NCBI RefSeq assembly: GCF_009914755.1
Contig: NC_060931.1
Source: the human T2T-CHM13v2.0 reference genome, Homo sapiens
Direction: 5' to 3' (one strand)
DNA: 64,000 nt
Shown here piece by piece: positions 13,101-26,200 of the stretch. The position numbers and the translations under genes were made by a program. A model generated the notes under the pieces. The model worked only from the letters and a program-made list of their open reading frames with translations. It did no database searches and was not told where the DNA came from. The stretch's first letter is position 1, and each line of letters opens with the position of its first letter.

Positions 13101-16100
13101 ACACTCTGTTTGTAAAGTCTGCAAGTGGATATATGGACCGCATTGAGGCCTTCGTTGGAAACGGGATTTCTTCATTTCATGCTAGACAGAAGAATTCTCA
13201 GTAACTTCTTTGTGCTGTGTGTATTCAACTCACAGAGTGGAACGTCCCTTTGCACAGAGCAGATTTGAAACACTCTTTTTGTGGAGTTTGCAAGTGGAGA
13301 TTTCAAGCGATTTGATGCCAACAGTAGAAAAGGAAATATCTTCAAATAAAAACTAGACAGAATCATTCTCAGAAACTACTTTGTGATGTGTGCCTTCAAC
13401 TCACAGAGTTTAACCTTTCTTTTCTTAGAGCAGTTTAGAAACACTCTGCTTGTTACGTCTGCAAGTGGATATTTGGACCTCTTTGAGGCCTTCGTTGCAA
13501 ACGGGGTTTCTTCCTTTCATGCTAGACTAAGAAGAGTTCTCAGTAACTTTTTTGTGTTGTGTGTATTCAACTCACAGAGTTGAACCTTGCTTTAGAGAGA
13601 GCAGATTTGAAACACTCTTGCTGTGGCATTTTCAGGTGGAGATTTCAAGCGATTTGAGGACAATTGCAGAAAAGGAAATATCTTCGTATAATAACCAGAC
13701 AGAATCATTCTCAGAAAGTGCTTTGTGATGTGTGCGTTCAACTCACAGAGTTTAACCTTTCTTTTCATAGAGGAGTTTGGAAACACACTGTTTGTAAAGT
13801 CTGCAAGTGGATACATGGACCTGTTTGAGGCCTTCGTTGGAAACGGGATTTCTTCATTGAATGCTAGACGGAAGAATTCTCAGTAAATTCTTTGTGTTGT
13901 GTGCATTCAACTCACAGAGTGGAACGTCCCTTTAGACAGAGCAGATTTGAAACACTCTTTTTGCGGAATTTGCAAGTGGAGATTTCTAGCCATTTGATGC
14001 CAACAGTAGAAAGGGAAATATCTTCAAATAAAAACCAGACAGAATCATTCTCAGAAAATTCTTTGTGATGTGTGCGTTCAACTCACATAGTTTAACCTTT
14101 CTTTTCATAGAGCAGTTTGGAAACACTCTGTTTGTAAAGTCTGCAAGTGGATATATGGACCGCATTGAGGCCTTCGTTGGAAACGGGATTTCTTCATTTC
14201 ATGCTAGACAGAAGAATTCTCAGTAACTTCTTTGTGCTGTGTGTATTCAACTCACAGAGTGGAACGTCCCTTTGCACAGAGCAGATTTGAAACACTCTTT
14301 TTGTGGAGTTTGCAAGTGGAGATTTCAAGCGATTTGATGCCAACAGTAGAAAAGGAAATATCTTCAAATAAAAACTAGACAGAATCATTCTCAGAAACTA
14401 CTTTGTGATGTGTGCCTTCAACTCACAGAGTTTAACCTTTCTTTTCTTAGAGCAGTTTAGAAACACTCTGCTTGTTACGTCTGCAAGTGGATATTTGGAC
14501 CTCTTTGAGGCCTTCGTTGCAAACGGGGTTTCTTCCTTTCATGCTAGACTAAGAAGAGTTCTCAGTAACTTTTTTGTGTTGTGTGTATTCAACTCACAGA
14601 GTTGAACCTTGCTTTAGAGAGAGCAGATTTGAAACACTCTTGCTGTGGCATTTTCAGGTGGAGATTTCAAGCGATTTGAGGACAATTGCAGAAAAGGAAA
14701 TATCTTCGTATAATAACCAGACAGAATCATTCTCAGAAAGTGCTTTGTGATGTGTGCGTTCAACTCACAGAGTTTAACCTTTCTTTTCATAGAGGAGTTT
14801 GGAAACACACTGTTTGTAAAGTCTGCAAGTGGATACATGGACCTGTTTGAGGCCTTCGTTGGAAACGGGATTTCTTCATTGAATGCTAGACGGAAGAATT
14901 CTCAGTAAATTCTTTGTGTTGTGTGCATTCAACTCACAGAGTGGAACGTCCCTTTAGACAGAGCAGATTTGAAACACTCTTTTTGCGGAATTTGCAAGTG
15001 GAGATTTCTAGCCATTTGATGCCAACAGTAGAAAGGGAAATATCTTCAAATAAAAACCAGACAGAATCATTCTCAGAAAATTCTTTGTGATGTGTGCGTT
15101 CAACTCACATAGTTTAACCTTTCTTTTCATAGAGCAGTTTGGAAACACTCTGTTTGTAAAGTCTGCAAGTGGATATATGGAACTCTTTGAGGCCTTCGTT
15201 GGAAACGGGATTTCTTCATTTCATGCTAGACAGAAGAATTCTCAGTAACTTCTTTGTGCTGTGTGTATTCAACTCACAGAGTGGAACGTCCCTTTGCACA
15301 GAGCAGATTTGAAACACTCTTTTTGTGGAGTTTGCAAGTGGAGATTTCAAGCGATTTGATGCCAACAGTAGAAAAGGAAATATCTTCAAATAAAAACTAG
15401 ACAGAATCATTCTCAGAAACTACTTTGTGATGTGTGCCTTCAACTCACAGAGTTTAACCTTTCTTTTCTTAGAGCAGTTTAGAAACACTCTGCTTGTTAC
15501 GTCTGCAAGTGGATATTTGGACCTCTTTGAGGCCTTCGTTGCAAACGGGGTTTCTTCCTTTCATGCTAGACTAAGAAGAGTTCTCAGTAACTTTTTTGTG
15601 TTGTGTGTATTCAACTCACAGAGTTGAACCTTGCTTTAGAGAGAGCAGATTTGAAACACTCTCGCTGTGGAATTTTCAGGTGGAGATTTCAAGCGATTTG
15701 AGGACAATTGCAGAAAAGGAAATATCTTCGTATAATAACCAGACAGAATCATTCTCAGAAAGTGCTTTGTGATGTGTGCGTTCAACTCACAGAGTTTAAC
15801 CTTTCTTTTCATAGAGGAGTTTGGAAACACACTGTTTGTAAAGTCTGCAAGTGGATACATGGACCTGTTTGAGGCCTTCGTTGGAAACGGGATTTCTTCA
15901 TTGAATGCTAGACGGAAGAATTCTCAGTAAATTCTTTGTGTTGTGTGCATTCAACTCACAGAGTGGAACGTCCCTTTAGACAGAGCAGATTTGAAACACT
16001 CTTTTTGCGGAATTTGCAAGTGGAGATTTCTAGCCATTTGATGCCAACAGTAGAAAGGGAAATATCTTCAAATAAAAACCAGACAGAATCATTCTCAGAA

Positions 16101-17237
16101 AATTCTTTGTGATGTGTGCGTTCAACTCACATAGTTTAACCTTTCTTTTCATAGAGCAGTTTGGAAACACTCTGTTTGTAAAGTCTGCAAGTGGATATAT
16201 GGACCGCATTGAGGCCTTCGTTGGAAACGGGATTTCTTCATTTCATGCTAGACAGAAGAATTCTCAGTAACTTCTTTGTGCTGTGTGTATTCAACTCACA
16301 GAGTGGAACGTCCCTTTGCACAGAGCAGATTTGAAACACTCTTTTTGTGGAGTTTGCAAGTGGAGATTTCAAGCGATTTGATGCCAACAGTAGAAAAGGA
16401 AATATCTTCAAATAAAAACTAGACAGAATCATTCTCAGAAACTACTTTGTGATGTGTGCCTTCAACTCACAGAGTTTAACCTTTCTTTTCTTAGAGCAGT
16501 TTAGAAACACTCTGCTTGTTATGTCTGCAAGTGGATATTTGGACCTCTTTGAGGCCTTCGTTGCAAACGGGGTTTCTTCCTTTCATGCTAGACTAAGAAG
16601 AGTTCTCAGTAACTTTTTTGTGTTGTGTGTATTCAACTCACAGAGTTGAACCTTGCTTTAGAGAGAGCAGATTTGAAACACTCTTGCTGTGGCATTTTCA
16701 GGTGGAGATTTCAAGCGATTTGAGGACAATTGCAGAAAAGGAAATATCTTCGTATAATAACCAGACAGAATCATTCTCAGAAAGTGCTTTGTGATGTGTG
16801 CGTTCAACTCACAGAGTTTAACCTTTCTTTTCATAGAGGAGTTTGGAAACACACTGTTTGTAAAGTCTGCAAGTGGATATATGGACCTGTTTGAGGCCTT
16901 CGTTGGAAACGGGATTTCTTCATTGAATGCTAGACGGAAGAATTCTCAGTAAATTCTTTGTGTTGTGTGCATTCAACTCACAGAGTGGAACGTCCCTTTA
17001 GACAGAGCAGATTTGAAACACTCTTTTTGCGGAATTTGCAAGTGGAGATTTCTAGCCATTTGATGCCAACAGTAGAAAGGGAAATATCTTCAAATAAAAA
17101 CCAGACAGAATCATTCTCAGAAAATTCTTTGTGATGTGTGCGTTCAACTCACATAGTTTAACCTTTCTTTTCATAGAGCAGTTTGGAAACACTCTGTTTG
17201 TAAAGTCTGCAAGTGGATATATGGACCGCATTGAGGC

Positions 17238-17254
17238 CTTCATTGGAAACGGGA
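17238..17254 (+). promoter_or_regulatory. Disrupted CENP-B box (CTTCATTGGAAACGGGA), second copy
   Basis: G>A at 17242, exactly 7 x 1022 = 7154 bp after the first copy. Confidence 0.92.
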
Positions 17255-20200
17255 TTTCTTCATTTCATGCTAGACAGAAGAATTCTCAGTAACTTCTTTG
17301 TGCTGTGTGTATTCAACTCACAGAGTGGAACGTCCCTTTACACAGAGCAGATTTGAAACACTCTTTTTGTGGAGTTTGCAAGTGGAGATTTCAAGCGATT
17401 TGATGCCAACAGTAGAAAAGGAAATATCTTCAAATAAAAACTAGACAGAATCATTCTCAGAAACTACTTTGTGATGTGTGCCTTCAACTCACAGAGTTTA
17501 ACCTTTCTTTTCTTAGAGCAGTTTAGAAACACTCTGCTTGTTACGTCTGCAAGTGGATATTTGGACCTCTTTGAGGCCTTCGTTGCAAACGGGGTTTCTT
17601 CCTTTCATGCTAGACTAAGAAGAGTTCTCAGTAACTTTTTTGTGTTGTGTGTATTCAACTCACAGAGTTGAACCTTGCTTTAGAGAGAGCAGATTTGAAA
17701 CACTCTCGCTGTGGCATTTTCAGGTGGAGATTTCAAGCGATTTGAGGACAATTGCAGAAAAGGAAATATCTTCGTATAATAACCAGACAGAATCATTCTC
17801 AGAAAGTGCTTTGTGATGTGTGCGTTCAACTCACAGAGTTTAACCTTTCTTTTCATAGAGGAGTTTGGAAACACACTGTTTGTAAAGTCTGCAAGTGGAT
17901 ACATGGACCTGTTTGAGGCCTTCGTTGGAAACGGGATTTCTTCATTGAATGCTAGACGGAAGAATTCTCAGTAAATTCTTTGTGTTGTGTGCATTCAACT
18001 CACAGAGTGGAACGTCCCTTTAGACAGAGCAGATTTGAAACACTCTTTTTGCGGAATTTGCAAGTGGAGATTTCTAGCCATTTGATGCCAACAGTAGAAA
18101 GGGAAATATCTTCAAATAAAAACCAGACAGAATCATTCTCAGAAAATTCTTTGTGATGTGTGCGTTCAACTCACATAGTTTAACCTTTCTTTTCATAGAG
18201 CAGTTTGGAAACACTCTGTTTGTAAAGTCTGCAAGTGGATATATGGACCGCATTGAGGCCTTCGTTGGAAACGGGATTTCTTCATTTCATGCTAGACAGA
18301 AGAATTCTCAGTAACTTCTTTGTGCTGTGTGTATTCAACTCACAGAGTGGAACGTCCCTTTGCACAGAGCAGATTTGAAACACTCTTTTTGTGGAGTTTG
18401 CAAGTGGAGATTTCAAGCGATTTGATGCCAACAGTAGAAAAGGAAATATCTTCAAATAAAAACTAGACAGAATCATTCTCAGAAACTACTTTGTGATGTG
18501 TGCCTTCAACTCACAGAGTTTAACCTTTCTTTTCTTAGAGCAGTTTAGAAACACTCTGCTTGTTACGTCTGCAAGTGGATATTTGGACCTCTTTGAGGCC
18601 TTCGTTGCAAACGGGGTTTCTTCCTTTCATGCTAGACTAAGAAGAGTTCTCAGTAACTTTTTTGTGTTGTGTGTATTCAACTCACAGAGTTGAACCTTGC
18701 TTTAGAGAGAGCAGATTTGAAACACTCTCGCTGTGGAATTTTCAGGTGGAGATTTCAAGCGATTTGAGGACAATTGCAGAAAAGGAAATATCTTCGTATA
18801 ATAACCAGACAGAATCATTCTCAGAAAGTGCTTTGTGATGTGTGCGTTCAACTCACAGAGTTTAACCTTTCTTTTCATAGAGGAGTTTGGAAACACACTG
18901 TTTGTAAAGTCTGCAAGTGGATATATGGACCTGTTTGAGGCCTTCGTTGGAAACGGGATTTCTTCATTGAATGCTAGACGGAAGAATTCTCAGTAAATTC
19001 TTTGTGTTGTGTGCATTCAACTCACAGAGTGGAACGTCCCTTTAGACAGAGCAGATTTGAAACACTCTTTTTGCGGAATTTGCAAGTGGAGATTTCTAGC
19101 CATTTGATGCCAACAGTAGAAAGGGAAATATCTTCAAATAAAAACCAGACAGAATCATTCTCAGAAAATTCTTTGTGATGTGTGCGTTCAACTCACATAG
19201 TTTAACCTTTCTTTTCATAGAGCAGTTTGGAAACACTCTGTTTGTAAAGTCTGCAAGTGGATATATGGACCGCATTGAGGCCTTCGTTGGAAACGGGATT
19301 TCTTCATTTCATGCTAGACAGAAGAATTCTCAGTAACTTCTTTGTGCTGTGTGTATTCAACTCACAGAGTGGAACGTCCCTTTGCACAGAGCAGATTTGA
19401 AACACTCTTTTTGTGGAGTTTGCAAGTGGAGATTTCAAGCGATTTGATGCCAACAGTAGAAAAGGAAATATCTTCAAATAAAAACTAGACAGAATCATTC
19501 TCAGAAACTACTTTGTGATGTGTGCCTTCAACTCACAGAGTTTAACCTTTCTTTTCTTAGAGCAGTTTAGAAACACTCTGCTTGTTACGTCTGCAAGTGG
19601 ATATTTGGACCTCTTTGAGGCCTTCGTTGCAAACGGGGTTTCTTCCTTTCATGCTAGACTAAGAAGAGTTCTCAGTAACTTTTTTGTGTTGTGTGTATTC
19701 AACTCACAGAGTTGAACCTTGCTTTAGAGAGAGCAGATTTGAAACACTCTTGCTGTGGCATTTTCAGGTGGAGATTTCAAGCGATTTGAGGACAATTGCA
19801 GAAAAGGAAATATCTTCGTATAATAACCAGACAGAATCATTCTCAGAAAGTGCTTTGTGATGTGTGCGTTCAACTCACAGAGTTTAACCTTTCTTTTCAT
19901 AGAGGAGTTTGGAAACACACTGTTTGTAAAGTCTGCAAGTGGATATATGGACCTGTTTGAGGCCTTCGTTGGAAACGGGATTTCTTCATTGAATGCTAGA
20001 CGGAAGAATTCTCAGTAAATTCTTTGTGTTGTGTGCATTCAACTCACAGAGTGGAACGTCCCTTTAGACAGAGCAGATTTGAAACACTCTTTTTGCGGAA
20101 TTTGCAAGTGGAGATTTCTAGCCATTTGATGCCAACAGTAGAAAGGGAAATATCTTCAAATAAAAACCAGACAGAATCATTCTCAGAAAATTCTTTGTGA

Positions 20201-23200
20201 TGTGTGCGTTCAACTCACATAGTTTAACCTTTCTTTTCATAGAGCAGTTTGGAAACACTCTGTTTGTAAAGTCTGCAAGTGGATATATGGACCGCATTGA
20301 GGCCTTCGTTGGAAACGGGATTTCTTCATTTCATGCTAGACAGAAGAATTCTCAGTAACTTCTTTGTGCTGTGTGTATTCAACTCACAGAGTGGAACGTC
20401 CCTTTGCACAGAGCAGATTTGAAACACTCTTTTTGTGGAGTTTGCAAGTGGAGATTTCAAGCGATTTGATGCCAACAGTAGAAAAGGAAATATCTTCAAA
20501 TAAAAACTAGACAGAATCATTCTCAGAAACTACTTTGTGATGTGTGCCTTCAACTCACAGAGTTTAACCTTTCTTTTCTTAGAGCAGTTTAGAAACACTC
20601 TGCTTGTTACGTCTGCAAGTGGATATTTGGACCTCTTTGAGGCCTTCGTTGCAAACGGGGTTTCTTCCTTTCATGCTAGACTAAGAAGAGTTCTCAGTAA
20701 CTTTTTTGTGTTGTGTGTATTCAACTCACAGAGTTGAACCTTGCTTTAGAGAGAGCAGATTTGAAACACTCTCGCTGTGGAATTTTCAGGTGGAGATTTC
20801 AAGCGATTTGAGGACAATTGCAGAAAAGGAAATATCTTCGTATAATAACCAGACAGAATCATTCTCAGAAAGTGCTTTGTGATGTGTGCGTTCAACTCAC
20901 AGAGTTTAACCTTTCTTTTCATAGAGGAGTTTGGAAACACACTGTTTGTAAAGTCTGCAAGTGGATACATGGACCTGTTTGAGGCCTTCGTTGGAAACGG
21001 GATTTCTTCATTGAATGCTAGACGGAAGAATTCTCAGTAAATTCTTTGTGTTGTGTGCATTCAACTCACAGAGTGGAACGTCCCTTTAGACAGAGCAGAT
21101 TTGAAACACTCTTTTTGCGGAATTTGCAAGTGGAGATTTCTAGCCATTTGATGCCAACAGTAGAAAGGGAAATATCTTCAAATAAAAACCAGACAGAATC
21201 ATTCTCAGAAAATTCTTTGTGATGTGTGCGTTCAACTCACATAGTTTAACCTTTCTTTTCATAGAGCAGTTTGGAAACACTCTGTTTGTAAAGTCTGCAA
21301 GTGGATATATGGACCGCATTGAGGCCTTCGTTGGAAACGGGATTTCTTCATTTCATGCTAGACAGAAGAATTCTCAGTAACTTCTTTGTGCTGTGTGTAT
21401 TCAACTCACAGAGTGGAACGTCCCTTTGCACAGAGCAGATTTGAAACACTCTTTTTGTGGAGTTTGCAAGTGGAGATTTCAAGCGATTTGATGCCAACAG
21501 TAGAAAAGGAAATATCTTCAAATAAAAACTAGACAGAATCATTCTCAGAAACTACTTTGTGATGTGTGCCTTCAACTCACAGAGTTTAACCTTTCTTTTC
21601 TTAGAGCAGTTTAGAAACACTCTGCTTGTTACGTCTGCAAGTGGATATTTGGACCTCTTTGAGGCCTTCGTTGCAAACGGGGTTTCTTCCTTTCATGCTA
21701 GACTAAGAAGAGTTCTCAGTAACTTTTTTGTGTTGTGTGTATTCAACTCACAGAGTTGAACCTTGCTTTAGAGAGAGCAGATTTGAAACACTCTTGCTGT
21801 GGCATTTTCAGGTGGAGATTTCAAGCGATTTGAGGACAATTGCAGAAAAGGAAATATCTTCGTATAATAACCAGACCGAATCATTCTCAGAAAGTGCTTT
21901 GTGATGTGTGCGTTCAACTCACAGAGTTTAACCTTTCTTTTCATAGAGGAGTTTGGAAACACACTGTTTGTAAAGTCTGCAAGTGGATACATGGACCTGT
22001 TTGAGGCCTTCGTTGGAAACGGGATTTCTTCATTGAATGCTAGACGGAAGAATTCTCAGTAAATTCTTTGTGTTGTGTGCATTCAACTCACAGAGTGGAA
22101 CGTCCCTTTAGACAGAGCAGATTTGAAACACTCTTTTTGCGGAATTTGCAAGTGGAGATTTCTAGCCATTTGATGCCAACAGTAGAAAGGGAAATATCTT
22201 CAAATAAAAACCAGACAGAATCATTCTCAGAAAATTCTTTGTGATGTGTGCGTTCAACTCACATAGTTTAACCTTTCTTTTCATAGAGCAGTTTGGAAAC
22301 ACTCTGTTTGTAAAGTCTGCAAGTGGATATATGGACCGCATTGAGGCCTTCGTTGGAAACGGGATTTCTTCATTTCATGCTAGACAGAAGAATTCTCAGT
22401 AACTTCTTTGTGCTGTGTGTATTCAACTCACAGAGTGGAACGTCCCTTTGCACAGAGCAGATTTGAAACACTCTTTTTGTGGAGTTTGCAAGTGGAGATT
22501 TCAAGCGATTTGATGCCAACAGTAGAAAAGGAAATATCTTCAAATAAAAACTAGACAGAATCATTCTCAGAAACTACTTTGTGATGTGTGCCTTCAACTC
22601 ACAGAGTTTAACCTTTCTTTTCTTAGAGCAGTTTAGAAACACTCTGCTTGTTATGTCTGCAAGTGGATATTTGGACCTCTTTGAGGCCTTCGTTGCAAAC
22701 GGGGTTTCTTCCTTTCATGCTAGACTAAGAAGAGTTCTCAGTAACTTTTTTGTGTTGTGTGTATTCAACTCACAGAGTTGAACCTTGCTTTAGAGAGAGC
22801 AGATTTGAAACACTCTTGCTGTGGCATTTTCAGGTGGAGATTTCAAGCGATTTGAGGACAATTGCAGAAAAGGAAATATCTTCGTATAATAACCAGACAG
22901 AATCATTCTCAGAAAGTGCTTTGTGATGTGTGCGTTCAACTCACAGAGTTTAACCTTTCTTTTCATAGAGGAGTTTGGAAACACACTGTTTGTAAAGTCT
23001 GCAAGTGGATACATGGACCTGTTTGAGGCCTTCGTTGGAAACGGGATTTCTTCATTGAATGCTAGACGGAAGAATTCTCAGTAAATTCTTTGTGTTGTGT
23101 GCATTCAACTCACAGAGTGGAACGTCCCTTTAGACAGAGCAGATTTGAAACACTCTTTTTGCGGAATTTGCAAGTGGAGATTTCTAGCCATTTGATGCCA

Positions 23201-26200
23201 ACAGTAGAAAGGGAAATATCTTCAAATAAAAACCAGACAGAATCATTCTCAGAAAATTCTTTGTGATGTGTGCGTTCAACTCACATAGTTTAACCTTTCT
23301 TTTCATAGAGCAGTTTGGAAACACTCTGTTTGTAAAGTCTGCAAGTGGATATATGGACCGCATTGAGGCCTTCGTTGGAAACGGGATTTCTTCATTTCAT
23401 GCTAGACAGAAGAATTCTCAGTAACTTCTTTGTGCTGTGTGTATTCAACTCACAGAGTGGAACGTCCCTTTGCACAGAGCAGATTTGAAACACTCTTTTT
23501 GTGGAGTTTGCAAGTGGAGATTTCAAGCGATTTGATGCCAACAGTAGAAAAGGAAATATCTTCAAATAAAAACTAGACAGAATCATTCTCAGAAACTACT
23601 TTGTGATGTGTGCCTTCAACTCACAGAGTTTAACCTTTCTTTTCTTAGAGCAGTTTAGAAACACTCTGCTTGTTACGTCTGCAAGTGGATATTTGGACCT
23701 CTTTGAGGCCTTCGTTGCAAACGGGGTTTCTTCCTTTCATGCTAGACTAAGAAGAGTTCTCAGTAACTTTTTTGTGTTGTGTGCATTCAACTCACAGAGT
23801 TGAACCTTGCTTTAGAGAGAGCAGATTTGAAACACTCTTGCTGTGGCATTTTCAGGTGGAGATTTCAAGCGATTTGAGGACAATTGCAGAAAAGGAAATA
23901 TCTTCTTATAATAACCAGACAGAATCATTCTCAGAAAGTGCTTTGTGATGTGTGCGTTCAACTCACAGAGTTTAACCTTTCTTTTCATAGAGGAGTTTGG
24001 AAACACACTGTTTGTAAAGTCTGCAAGTGGATACATGGACCTGTTTGAGGCCTTCGTTGGAAACGGGATTTCTTCATTGAATGCTAGACGGAAGAATTCT
24101 CAGTAAATTCTTTGTGTTGTGTGCATTCAACTCACAGAGTGGAACGTCCCTTTAGACAGAGCAGATTTGAAACACTCTTTTTGCGGAATTTGCAAGTGGA
24201 GATTTCTAGCCATTTGATGCCAACAGTAGAAAGGGAAATATCTTCAAATAAAAACCAGACAGAATCATTCTCAGAAAATTCTTTGTGATGTGTGCGTTCA
24301 ACTCACATAGTTTAACCTTTCTTTTCATAGAGCAGTTTGGAAACACTCTGTTTGTAAAGTCTGCAAGTGGATATATGGAACTCTTTGAGGCCTTCGTTGG
24401 AAACGGGATTTCTTCATTTCATGCTAGACAGAAGAATTCTCAGTAACTTCTTTGTGCTGTGTGTATTCAACTCACAGAGTGGAACGTCCCTTTGCACAGA
24501 GCAGATTTGAAACACTCTTTTTGTGGAGTTTGCAAGTGGAGATTTCAAGCGATTTGATGCCAACAGTAGAAAAGGAAATATCTTCAAATAAAAACTAGAC
24601 AGAATCATTCTCAGAAACTACTTTGTGATGTGTGCCTTCAACTCACAGAGTTTAACCTTTCTTTTCTTAGAGCAGTTTAGAAACACTCTGCTTGTTATGT
24701 CTGCAAGTGGATATTTGGACCTCTTTGAGGCCTTCGTTGCAAACGGGGTTTCTTCCTTTCATGCTAGACTAAGAAGAGTTCTCAGTAACTTTTTTGTGTT
24801 GTGTGTATTCAACTCACAGAGTTGAACCTTGCTTTAGAGAGAGCAGATTTGAAACACTCTTGCTGTGGCATTTTCAGGTGGAGATTTCAAGCGATTTGAG
24901 GACAATTGCAGAAAAGGAAATATCTTCGTATAATAACCAGACAGAATCATTCTCAGAAAGTGCTTTGTGATGTGTGCGTTCAACTCACAGAGTTTAACCT
25001 TTCTTTTCATAGAGGAGTTTGGAAACACACTGTTTGTAAAGTCTGCAAGTGGATACATGGACCTGTTTGAGGCCTTCGTTGGAAACGGGATTTCTTCATT
25101 GAATGCTAGATGGAAGAATTCTCAGTAAATTCTTTGTGTTGTGTGCATTCAACTCACAGAGTGGAACGTCCCTTTAGACAGAGCAGATTTGAAACACTCT
25201 TTTTGCGGAATTTGCAAGTGGAGATTTCTAGCCATTTGATGCCAACAGTAGAAAGGGAAATATCTTCAAATAAAAACCAGACAGAATCATTCTCAGAAAA
25301 TTCTTTGTGATGTGTGCGTTCAACTCACATAGTTTAACCTTTCTTTTCATAGAGCAGTTTGGAAACACTCTGTTTGTAAAGTCTGCAAGTGGATATATGG
25401 ACCGCATTGAGGCCTTCGTTGGAAACGGGATTTCTTCATTTCATGCTAGACAGAAGAATTCTCAGTAACTTCTTTGTGCTGTGTGTATTCAACTCACAGA
25501 GTGGAACGTCCCTTTGCACAGAGCAGATTTGAAACACTCTTTTTGTGGAGTTTGCAAGTGGAGATTTCAAGCGATTTGATGCCAACAGTAGAAAAGGAAA
25601 TATCTTCAAATAAAAACTAGACAGAATCATTCTCAGAAACTACTTTGTGATGTGTGCCTTCAACTCACAGAGTTTAACCTTTCTTTTCTTAGAGCAGTTT
25701 AGAAACACTCTGCTTGTTACGTCTGCAAGTGGATATTTGGACCTCTTTGAGGCCTTCGTTGCAAACGGGGTTTCTTCCTTTCATGCTAGACTAAGAAGAG
25801 TTCTCAGTAACTTTTTTGTGTTGTGTGTATTCAGCTCACAGAGTTGAACCTTGCTTTAGAGAGAGCAGATTTGAAACACTCTTGCTGTGGCATTTTCAGG
25901 TGGAGATTTCAAGCGATTTGAGGACAATTGCAGAAAAGGAAATATCTTCGTATAATAACCAGACAGAATCATTCTCAGAAAGTGCTTTGTGATGTGTGCG
26001 TTCAACTCACAGAGTTTAACCTTTCTTTTCATAGAGGAGTTTGGAAAGACACTGTTTGTAAGGACTGCAAGTGGATATATGGACCTGTTTGAGGCCTTCG
26101 TTGGAAACGGGATTTCTTCATTGAATGCTAGACGGAAGAATTCTCAGTAAATTCTTTGTGTTGTGTGCATTCAACTCACAGAGTGGAACGTCCCTTTAGA

